DNA of 24,449 nucleotides. Origin: Fidelibacterota bacterium. Lineage in GTDB: Bacteria; Fidelibacterota; Fidelibacteria; Fidelibacterales; Fidelibacteraceae. The stretch is taken from the NCBI GenBank assembly GCA_029931905.1, contig JAOZRH010000001.1:92782-117230 (forward strand), read 5' to 3'. This document shows, piece by piece, positions 1 to 10,000 of the stretch. Below the pieces are notes generated by a model that worked only from the letters and a program-made list of their open reading frames with translations, did no database searches and had not been told where the DNA came from. Position 1 is the first letter of the stretch. Every line of letters starts with the position of its first letter. The position numbers and the translations under genes are program-made.

Positions 1-1
1 G

Positions 2-2701
2 CAGGATATTAAACAAATTGATGTATTAATAGGATGGAATAGCATAACATTTGATACTTTGTATATGTATACAAGATGTCAGAAGTTGGGCTTGTCCAGA
101 TATTTTACACTTTCATTTGGTCAGATGTTCAAGACTCTCAATGTTGTGGAAAGTAAACAGGGTATGGTGGTTGATACATATTATACAACCAAAATTCTAT
201 CATTTGATTATATTATGTTAATCAAATTCTTTTCTGTAAAAAATTATCCATCTGTGTCATTGGATTATATGGCACAAGAAGTTTTAAAAGATGATGATGG
301 TGGATTGAACGCCAAGGTAAAGGTTCCTAATCTAAATAAGGAATATTTCACTGATCTTCCAAATTTTGCTCTGTATAATGTAAATGATGTCATTTTGAAT
401 GATAGAATTGATGGTAAATTACAATTTGTCACATTATTATTTAAAATGAAAATGATGACCCGTGGTTTTACTGCTTCTCTCATGTCAATCAATAACATAC
501 TGGACTCTTATATTGCCCTTAAAGCGCAAGAGAATGGTTTGGCATGTGTGAGTAAGATCAAAGCTGGAACGTATTATAAAAATAAGATTTGGTATATTTA
601 CAGACGTGTTAATCACCTTACCAATGAACGTCTTAAAGTTATTAATGAAATCAGAGAAGATAATAAAGGATTTTCAATATTTGTTGCTGCCGATGAACTT
701 ATAAATGAAGATACTGGAATAGTTGAAGAAACATATGACAATGAAGTACCAGCGAATATTAGGTTGACTAAAACCCAAATCCCATTTGCATGGAATGATG
801 ATAAATATCCCGGTGCCTATGTTAAGGTTCCCCGCAAAGGAATTTATTTGAATGTTGTGGATTTTGATGCGACGAGTATGTATCCCACGAGTATTTATAC
901 CACAAACAATAGTATTGATACTTGGATATATCAGGTTCCTGAAAATGTAGCATTGAAATATATTTATGAAAGACCATCCCTTATAGAGTATATTGAAAAT
1001 AATCCATTTAAAATGGAAGTATATGATGTAAGAGAAAATGAATTTAAATCATTTGATGGTGCTGAAACATTGGCACTATTTGATACGATGTTTGAAAAAG
1101 AACTTGTACTTACGGAATCAGGTGCTGTATTTATCCCTGCTCATATTAAAGAAGGATTTTTCCGTAAACTTATTGCTGAACCTATTTCAAATAGACAGGC
1201 AACCAAGAGGGAAATGAAAATTCTCCAAAAGGAAAACGCATTGACTGCAGATCATCCAGATATGATCAATTTAAATGTAACTCAGTTAGTGTTTAAAATT
1301 GTGGCAAATTGTTTTTCTCCTGATACCGAAGTTATTACAATTGATGGTATTAAAAATATTAAAGATATTAGGGTTGGAGATTTTGTTTATAATCAGAACC
1401 CCGAAACAAATATGCTTGAAATTGATGAAGTAATTGATACTCAGGAATTTGATTACGATGATGACATGTATAAGTTTAAAAATATTCAAAATGTTGACCA
1501 ACTTGTTACGGATCACCATAGATTTCGTGTATATGATAGAAATGGTAATAAATCGTGGGAACACGCGGAAGATATTTATGTGAATCACGGATATTCTGTT
1601 CCTAAAATGGATGGCATCAATATAGATTTTGACGATGATGATGATATTGAAATATGTATGTATGAATATGTCAAAAGATGTAGTGGTGATTATGGATTTA
1701 ATTATGATCTTTTTATAAAATCAGATAAACATTTAACTACATTTAAATCCACATTAAGTGTAGATTTACGAAATAAAATCGACAAATATGGTAAGTATAA
1801 TGGTAATAACAAAAATTATATTTTACCGGTTAAGGTTGTTAATGAGCGCGATATATATGAATTAAATGATAAATGTTCAGAATTTTATGTATATAGACAT
1901 TTTAATGGTGGGGGCAAAGCAACCAAATTACCATTATTTATGAATAAGTCACATTTAGCAAAGTTGGTGGGGTGGTATGTTGCTAATGGGTCATTATATA
2001 TTAGGAGATATGACGATGATAGTATTATGTTTATGCGAACAGAAATAACTAAATGTGATGATTCATTTAAGAAAAAAATAATTGATATATGTAATTTATT
2101 AAAAATTCAAACATCAAAATGTGATAACACAGTATATATTATTAATGATATTTTGTTCACTTATTTTGAAATTGAATGTGGTAAAGGTTCATATAATAAA
2201 TGTATACCACAGTGGATTTTAAAGACTAATACTACTAATAAAACTTTATTTTTTGATTCATATTATGAATGTGATGGTAATAAAAATATTAGAAGATGTA
2301 ATACTGTAAGTCAAACGCTTAGGAATGATTTAATTTTATTACTTACTTCACTTGGCTATTATACAAAATCTACACAAGATAAAATCGTATATCAGATTGT
2401 TTGGTTTGATAAAAATATTAAACTCGATGGTCGAATTATAAAAGAAAAAGTTAAATATAAGGGTAAAGTTCATTGTGTTACGACTAAGAAGAATAAATGT
2501 GTTATTGCTGGTAGAAATAAAAAGTTTATGTTGATTGGACAAAGTGTATATGGATATCTTGGTTATAGAAAATCAAGACTATTTAATATTATACTTGCCA
2601 CAACAATTACAATCAACTGCCAGTTCATGATTCGGTATGTTGCATATAATTGTAGAGAAATCATTGCCGAAGTACAAACAAAACAACTCAAATCTGAATA
2701 A
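2..2701 (+). CDS. Family B DNA polymerase, 5'-partial, intein-interrupted; ORF stops 52 codons after motif B
   Basis: Frame is open from the window edge. ExoII-like GWNSITFD, ExoIII-like YNVNDV, and motif A DFDATSMYPTSI are present. Motif B is rebuilt across the intein as KIVAN|SVYGYLG. TAA stop at 2699-2701. No YGDTDS (motif C) lies before the stop. Confidence 0.9.
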   Translation, partial: QDIKQIDVLIGWNSITFDTLYMYTRCQKLGLSRYFTLSFGQMFKTLNVVESKQGMVVDTYYTTKILSFDYIMLIKFFSVKNYPSVSLDYMAQEVLKDDDGGLNAKVKVPNLNKEYFTDLPNFALYNVNDVILNDRIDGKLQFVTLLFKMKMMTRGFTASLMSINNILDSYIALKAQENGLACVSKIKAGTYYKNKIWYIYRRVNHLTNERLKVINEIREDNKGFSIFVAADELINEDTGIVEETYDNEVPANIRLTKTQIPFAWNDDKYPGAYVKVPRKGIYLNVVDFDATSMYPTSIYTTNNSIDTWIYQVPENVALKYIYERPSLIEYIENNPFKMEVYDVRENEFKSFDGAETLALFDTMFEKELVLTESGAVFIPAHIKEGFFRKLIAEPISNRQATKREMKILQKENALTADHPDMINLNVTQLVFKIVANCFSPDTEVITIDGIKNIKDIRVGDFVYNQNPETNMLEIDEVIDTQEFDYDDDMYKFKNIQNVDQLVTDHHRFRVYDRNGNKSWEHAEDIYVNHGYSVPKMDGINIDFDDDDDIEICMYEYVKRCSGDYGFNYDLFIKSDKHLTTFKSTLSVDLRNKIDKYGKYNGNNKNYILPVKVVNERDIYELNDKCSEFYVYRHFNGGGKATKLPLFMNKSHLAKLVGWYVANGSLYIRRYDDDSIMFMRTEITKCDDSFKKKIIDICNLLKIQTSKCDNTVYIINDILFTYFEIECGKGSYNKCIPQWILKTNTTNKTLFFDSYYECDGNKNIRRCNTVSQTLRNDLILLLTSLGYYTKSTQDKIVYQIVWFDKNIKLDGRIIKEKVKYKGKVHCVTTKKNKCVIAGRNKKFMLIGQSVYGYLGYRKSRLFNIILATTITINCQFMIRYVAYNCREIIAEVQTKQLKSE
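1310..2542 (+). mobile_element. Intein (411 aa) with LAGLIDADG homing-endonuclease domain, inserted in PolB motif B (the pol-b site used by archaeal PolB inteins)
   Basis: Begins CFSPDTEVITIDG directly after KIVAN. LAGLIDADG-like blocks LAKLVGWYVANGS and FFDSYYECDGN are present. C-terminal block is VHCVTTKKNKCVIAGRNKKFMLIGQ followed by Ser (+1). The last residue is Gln and the penultimate is Gly, instead of the usual His-Asn. Confidence 0.85.
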
Positions 2702-2712
2702 GGAAAGTTTCT

Positions 2713-3012
2713 ATGGCTGAAAATGTGATCGGTACTATTATTAGAATTAACATTGATGATACATATAAGATTTATGTTCATAAAGAAAAGCAGGATGTTA
2801 AGAAATTAATCAGAGCATTCGTAGAAGAATATAAGTTTGAAAAGATTAAGATAAAACAGGAAGACGGATGTGAATATTTTACAGTGTGTGGATTTGCTAA
2901 ATATACACAAGATGTCACGTCCGATGTCACAACCAAGTTCTTATATTGGTTGCAGAAATTTAAATGGAGAGATTTATTAAAGAACATTAACGTTGTAACG
3001 TTTGAGGAATAA
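2713..3012 (+). CDS. Hypothetical 99-aa protein; N-terminus weakly resembles the PolB motif C region
   Basis: ATG lies 12 nt after the PolB stop. IIRINIDDTYKIYV can be aligned with the xxYGDTDSxYV region of B-family polymerases, but the second Asp is replaced. TAA stop. Confidence 0.6.
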   Translation: MAENVIGTIIRINIDDTYKIYVHKEKQDVKKLIRAFVEEYKFEKIKIKQEDGCEYFTVCGFAKYTQDVTSDVTTKFLYWLQKFKWRDLLKNINVVTFEE

Positions 3013-3015
3013 TAT

Positions 3016-3420
3016 ATGATTGATTTATCAATTGCTAATCCAGATAATATTTCCATGGTGGAGTTGAATCGGAAATTAATTGCAGAAAAAAATTTAAATG
3101 TTCTGACTATAAAAAAGATACAGAAACTGCATTTTTTAAAAAATAAATTTATTAAAAAAATGGAACTTACTGATAATAATAGATTATTATATATCTTAGG
3201 GCAGATAATTACGACAATAGAATTTAAACTTCAAGCATTGTGGGGATTCGATTTGGATATAAGTTATCATAAATTTTTTACTTTACCAAAATGTAAGTGT
3301 CCGAAATTAGATAACTTTGATAATGTGGGTGTAAAAAATGCACAAATATTTGCAACAAATTGCCCTGTTCATTTTTTACAAGACGAAACAAAGAAAAATT
3401 GTATTAATAAATTACTATGA
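3016..3420 (+). CDS. Hypothetical protein (134 aa), Cys-containing C-terminal half
   Basis: Intact ORF tightly packed after the previous gene. TGA stop. No family recognised. Confidence 0.55.
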   Translation: MIDLSIANPDNISMVELNRKLIAEKNLNVLTIKKIQKLHFLKNKFIKKMELTDNNRLLYILGQIITTIEFKLQALWGFDLDISYHKFFTLPKCKCPKLDNFDNVGVKNAQIFATNCPVHFLQDETKKNCINKLL

Positions 3421-3470
3421 TACACAAATATGGCAAAAGTATGATATAATAATTACTGGTTAGTCAAAAA

Positions 3471-3501
3471 AAGGTGTCATTATCAATTTATATGACACCT
3501 T
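3471..3501 (+). terminator. 10-bp perfect hairpin (AAGGTGTCAT / ATGACACCTT) between the operon end and nrdG
   Basis: Perfect inverted repeat with an 11-nt loop, an A-run upstream and a T-rich tail. An extended -10-like TGATATAAT sits at 3442-3450. Confidence 0.5.
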
Positions 3502-3536
3502 ATTTGTCTAATTTAATAGAGAATAGGTAATGGTGA

Positions 3537-4052
3537 ATGTTGAAGTTAGCAATTGATTTTCAGATCTCATTTATAGATTATCCAATATTGAGTGAATGGT
3601 GCACAAGTTTATATACAGTAGGATGTCCACATAATTGTCCCGGTTGTCACAATGAACCACTTAAAGACAAAGATTATCCACATGTAATGGAAATGTGTGT
3701 TTCCGAATGGTTAATAGCCATGTCAGAGTTTTCAGAATATAATAAGTCTGATAACTTTGTGATAGTGGGCGGTGAACCACTCGCACCATGGAATATAGAT
3801 TCTATTAGAGAGCTGCTAATGCTAAATACTAAGTATAATATATGTTTATATACTGGATATGATGTAGAATATGTTAAATCTCATAATATAAAAGGGTTCA
3901 AATTTTTGAAAACTGGTAAATATGATAAAAATACACATAATGATCTTCCTTTAGATCAAAATACTGTATTCAATTTGGGATCAAGTAATCAAAAACTATG
4001 GGACTCACAATTCAATTTAATAAGTAATAATGGAATATTTAAAGGTAAATAA
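3537..4052 (+). CDS. nrdG: Anaerobic ribonucleoside-triphosphate reductase activating protein (radical SAM)
   Basis: CPHNCPGCHN matches the CxxxCxxC radical-SAM cluster motif in the context typical of NrdG. The gene lies 3 nt upstream of nrdD. Confidence 0.85.
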   Translation: MLKLAIDFQISFIDYPILSEWCTSLYTVGCPHNCPGCHNEPLKDKDYPHVMEMCVSEWLIAMSEFSEYNKSDNFVIVGGEPLAPWNIDSIRELLMLNTKYNICLYTGYDVEYVKSHNIKGFKFLKTGKYDKNTHNDLPLDQNTVFNLGSSNQKLWDSQFNLISNNGIFKGK

Positions 4053-4055
4053 TTA

Positions 4056-7000
4056 ATGAATATAGTTGATAATTTTAGTAGCACATTTCATAATAGTGCA
4101 GATACAGAATATACACGAAAACAAATGGCAAAGGCTCTGACATTTAATATTAAACGTAAATATAAGAGCTTGTCAGACGAAGAAGTGGTGGATAAAAGTG
4201 AGATAATTATGAAGACTCATGGTCTTTCGAAGGATAACTTCAATGGGCTTAAAGTTGTTCAGGCATTGATTGCCAATAATATAAATGATGTGTCTATAGA
4301 TGATAATTCTAATAAGAACGAGAAAACAATTGCTGGATTATTTTCCGAAGCAAATACATCAGTTAAAAAGATTGCTGGATATGACTTACTTTATCGTGTA
4401 ATGAAAGAAATGTATGGTAAGATTAGGGCAAAGAGATTAACCGGTGAGATGCTTGATTATTCATTAGGGTTGTCTGATTCTGGGAATATATTAATTCCAT
4501 ATTGTATGTATGGGAATACTCCAATTTATGTAAGGTATAATGGTGTAGTAAAAATAATTACATTTAAAAAATTATATAAATTATTTGAAGATTTTCATAC
4601 TGATAAAGGTACATATACAGAAGTTAGTTTTAAGGACTTATATAAACCAGTTGATATAAAAACTGCGGTATATGCAAAAAATGTAGGAAATAGTGCTACA
4701 TCTAAAAATACATCAGTTCTTAAAACTCCTCCACATGAAAAACAAACATTAGAGATATGGGACAATACAAATGGGTGGGTGAATGTTAGTCGTATTACAC
4801 GGCGTAATAATCATGATGAGTTTGTTTTATATCAAATTGATGATGGGGATTTTGCATTAGTTACCACTGACCATTTAGTGTATATGGGTGATGGTAGTGA
4901 AAAGTGTGCAGGGGAGTTACAGATTGGTGAAACTATATTAAAAGAATCTGATTTCAAATTACCTGATGTTCATGAGTATATTAATGTAAATACTGATCTT
5001 GCATATTTATTAGGTTTTATATTAGGTGATGGTAATGCTATGTCTGGTGATATTAATAATTCTGTTAGAACATTAGGATTTTCATCAAAAGAATTTAATA
5101 TGTTAAATATGGAATACTTTGGATGTTCATTTAAAGAGAATTCATTTACTAAAACATTACCCGTGAATTTTTTAAATTGGGAAAAGGACTCCAAATTGGC
5201 ATTTATTGCAGGATTGATTGATGCTGATGGCTGTATCCATAAACCACAATATAATTTGGTTAATATAAGGATGATGTCGTATGCTACTGTGAATATATTA
5301 AGTGATATCATGAAAACATTTGATGGTATTCATGGGGTGAAAAAACGTATTGATGGAAATAGTATTAAAACTTGTATGTATGAGGTCAAATTTAAAGTTA
5401 CTAAAGATTCGGGATTATTGAAGTATTGTAATAAACTTAAAAATGCATATAATGATGCCCCTGATCAGTTTGATAATTATAATGAAAATTTGAGTCATGG
5501 TAAAACTGGAAATTCTATTTGTAAAATTATAAGATTTTATAAGGATGATATCGAAGATACAAGATTTCTTAGTGATGAAGTTAAATATGTATATGATATT
5601 ACAACTGATACCAGTAGATTTTATGCAAATGGAATGGTACAGCATAATTGTTATGCTATAAATGCATCTCAGTTAAATTTGATTGGTAGAGATTTTGGGA
5701 TTCTTCCATCAAAACCATGTAAAAGAATCGGTAGTTACGTTTCATCACTATGTGAAACTATTCATCAAATGAGTAGTCATGTTGCCGGTGCCATTGCAAT
5801 TGGAACACTTTTCTTTGATATTGCACACCTTGCAATTTTAAAAATGGATATCCCACTTGATAACTTGAAAGATAATGTCAAAACCAGAAAGCATTTTGAA
5901 AATGAGTTACAGCAATTTGTTCATTGTGTAACAGAAGATACTGAAGTTCTTACCCCAACTGGATTTAAAACATATAATGAATTACATATTGGTGACCCAA
6001 TTTATACATGGAAAGATGGGCATTTAAATACTCAACAAATCGATGCACTTAATGTAGATACGTATAATGGTGAAATGCATCGGTATAGTGGTAGATGTAT
6101 TGAACAAGTTGTTACCCCTGAACATAGGGTACTTTATCATGATAGAAAGCATTATATTAAAAAATCAAGTGAACTTATTGATAAAAATAGTAGATTAAAT
6201 ATACCAATAAATGCTATAAATGATAATAATGTTGATATTGATTTATCAGATGATTTAATTTCTTTACTTGCAATTATTTTGACTGATGGTTCATTAATGT
6301 ATAACCGTAAAAAATTGCAAAATATTATCATTAAAAAATCATATAATAGATTTGGTATAGATTTTATTAAAGATACTTTAGACAATTTAAATTATACATA
6401 TTCCTATAAAGATACAATTGTAGATTCTTTTGTTAATTGTAATGATGTTGAATATGATCAAATAAAAATGAAAAATTATATAATTTCAAAAAATGATTCT
6501 GAAAAAATATTTGCAATATTAAATAATACACGTGAAGAAATTCCAAAAATTTTGACTGAAATGAGCAATAGACAGTGTAAGCTATTTACTGATATATGGT
6601 CAAAGTTTAGTGGTTACTATAAGTTTGAAACTGGTCAGAATATGAGGATGCAATGTGATAATGAAAATGTTGCAAATACATTACAGCACATTTTATTTTT
6701 AGCTGGATATGGTAGTAGGATTACATATCGTGATCTTGGTAACGATAAAGATACATTATACGTTATTCCATACCACACTAATACTAAAACTGTAACAAAT
6801 AAAGAAAAGTTCACTTATGATGGTGTTATTTGGTGTCCAACCACAAAAGATGGTGTTGTTGTTTTTAGAAAAAATGGTAAAATTTTTATTTCTGGCAATT
6901 CTGTGAATCATTTATCCCGGAATTCTAATGAGTGTGTTACAGAAGACACTGAGGTATTGACACCATCTGGATTCAAATCATACAACGAATTACATGTTGG

Positions 7001-10000
7001 TGATCCAATTTATACATGGAAAGATGGTAATATGGAAATTCAACCAACTCAACGTGTAAACGTGAATGAGTATGATGGAATTATGCATCAGTATGAAGGT
7101 CGAGATTATAACCAAGTTGTTACACCAAATCATAATGTTTTGAGAAAAAAATATAATTCTCATTTATATGAACTAATACCATCATCAGAAATCTTTAATA
7201 ATGAGATGTCAGAATCTATGCCAGTTGCATTTAATGTAACAAATGAAGTAGATTTCAATATTTCAGATGATATGTTAAAGCTTTGTACCATTGTATTATG
7301 TGATGAAACATATGGAGAGTACGAAGTAAATGATTATAGTTTGGATGTAGAAAATTCTAAAGAGATTTCTACATTACTTGATGGTAAGAAAACGGAGTTG
7401 CCAAGTTGGTTTACTAAACTAAGTCAACGTCAAGCTAATATCGTGATTGATACTTGGAAACGGTTTGATGGACATTGTGAGGATGATAAAACAAAATTAC
7501 AATGTGATAATCATGTAATAGCAGATCAGTTGCAACATTTAGTGGTATTAGCAGGATATGGTTCTATTATTAATGAACGAATTATTGGTAAAAATAAAAC
7601 TGCTACAATTTATGTAAATATATACCAACGTAAAAATAAGCAAGCTACTAATAAAAATATTGTTCATTATAAAGGAAAAGTTTGGTGTCCCACTACAGAA
7701 AATGGCATTGTTGTATATAGGAAAGATGGTAGAATTTTTATTTCTGGAAATTCACCATTTACAAATATTTCAATCTTTGGTAGAGGTAAAATTAAATATA
7801 TCCTTGAGAATGATTTTGATTGGTATTTTACGAAACCCGAAGACTCTAAACTTACTGATACACAGTGGGTAGATTATTGCACTGAATACATTTATGAATT
7901 GCAGAAACTATTCGTTGATTTTTTTGATAAAGGTGATCCCCTTAATAATGGACTTCCATATAGATTTCCCATTGTAACCATTAACTTTTCTAAGAAAAAA
8001 TCAGATGGTGAATGGAAAATTGTAGATGATCAGTTATTGTCAGATATTCTTGAGAAAGATATTTATCGGTACAATATATTTACAAGTGAAGGATCTAAAG
8101 TTGCAAGTTGTTGTTTTGATGCAAACCAAAATGTTCTGTATAGAAGTTCGGATGGTATTGGATTAGTAGATTTTAAAACATTTATTAATGATATTCCAAA
8201 TAATTCGAACACTAAAATTTTTCATAATGGATTTTGGAAATCTTTTAAAAAAGTAAAAATTGATTATGAAGATAAATTATATAAAATTGTTACTGAGAAT
8301 GGAAAATGTATTACAGTAACCGGTGATCATGAATTTCCAACACTTTTAGGTGATAAACGTGTGGAAGATTTAACAAAAGATGATCATTTAATGTCTAATA
8401 CTAAGCAATTGGCACCGATTCAAAAATTACAAAATAAATTAACATATGAGCAGGGATATTTAATTGGTTATATTCTTGGTGATGGAAGTTTTCATACCAA
8501 CATGACAGGTATTACATTATCATTAAATGAAGATTGTGTTGCTGAAACTGTACAAAATATAAAAATTGCTTTAAATGATTTTGGAATTGAGTATGATCCA
8601 ATAGTAAAGAGTGAAAATAATGTTATATATGTTCATATAAACAATACTAAATTTGTAAAAATGATTATGGAATATGTTCCATCTAATACTGCAGAAAATA
8701 AACAATTTAATATAAAAATACTTGATAATACTATTGAATGTAGACGTGGTATTCTCAGTGGTTGGTATGCGACAAGTGGTGATACTTCTAATAAATGTTA
8801 TACAGCATCCAAAATACTTATAGATCAAATGGATACACTATGTACAACCCTCGGTATTCAAACTATTAGAAATGAATCATATGATAAAAATCATGTATTA
8901 TATTGTTTAATGCAATGTGATGTATCAAATGAATCATCTGAAATGTTTTATAAATGGCATAATAATTCAATTTATTTTAAAATAAAATCCATTGAATTGG
9001 TTAATAATACAGATGATAGTGTATATTGTGTTGAAATTAAAGATGATAGTCCACATTTTACATTACCAAATGGTATTATTACACATAATTGTCGTATGAT
9101 TAATGATGAAGAAATGCTTGAAATGGCAGGTCAATCTAATTCATTTGGTGCTGGTGCACTTGCATCATTGGGTTCACATAGAGTTGTTACTATCAATTAT
9201 AATAGAATTGCACTTGAGGCTGAGTCAGTTGATGATTTCTGGCGTGTTTATAAGTATCGAATAGAAGCATCCCGTGATATTTTGAAAGCTCATAAACAGC
9301 TTATTAAAGTCCTTAGAGATGCAGGTCTACAATCATTCATTGAGAATGGTTGGATCAATATGCAACGTTTGTTTTCTACAATTGGAATATTGGGTATATA
9401 TGAATGTGGATTGACTATGCAAGAAAAATTTGGTATCAATCCAGATACATTTAAGGAAGAAATTCTATCATTCTTAAATAAGCGCGTTAAACGATATACC
9501 CGCGAAGAACCAAATAACATTTTTAATGTTGAACAAATTCCGGCAGAAAGTTTTGCAGTAAGATTAGCAAAAACTGATGCTATCTTGTATGGTGAGAAAC
9601 TTGTACCCCATAAACTATATGCGAATCAGTTTGTTCCATTGTGGCATGAAGCAAATGTATTTGAAAGATTGAGTGAAGATGGTAAATATAATCAGCTTCT
9701 TACTGGTGGTGGAATCGTTCATGCTACAATTGGTGAAAGGGTTGCACCATCACAGGCAAGAAAGATCATCGAATATGCAGTTAAAGTAGGCTCTGAACAT
9801 TTTGCATTAAATGCAATTTATTCAAATTGTGAGAATAATCATATGCATTTTGGGGATCATGATACATGTCCTGAATGTGGAGCAAATATTGAAGATAAGC
9901 TCCAGCGTGTGGTTGGTTTTTTTACTCCCGTAAAATCTTGGAATCCTATCCGCAGGGATTGGGAGTTCCCAAGACGTACTAAAATCAATCTTAGTACGGT

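Noticed and set aside
3421-3536. NrdR-box regulation upstream of nrdG-nrdD.
   Set aside because: Only a weak half-site-like ACACAAATAT is present. No pair of 16-bp palindromes at the characteristic spacing could be found by eye.
265-9520. Short minus-strand ORFs inside PolB and NrdD (for example 265-498, 1286-1588, 4970-5311, 8571-8828).
   Set aside because: They are embedded antisense to long, motif-supported genes. Their Ile/Asn/Phe/Lys-rich products are as expected by chance in AT-rich DNA.
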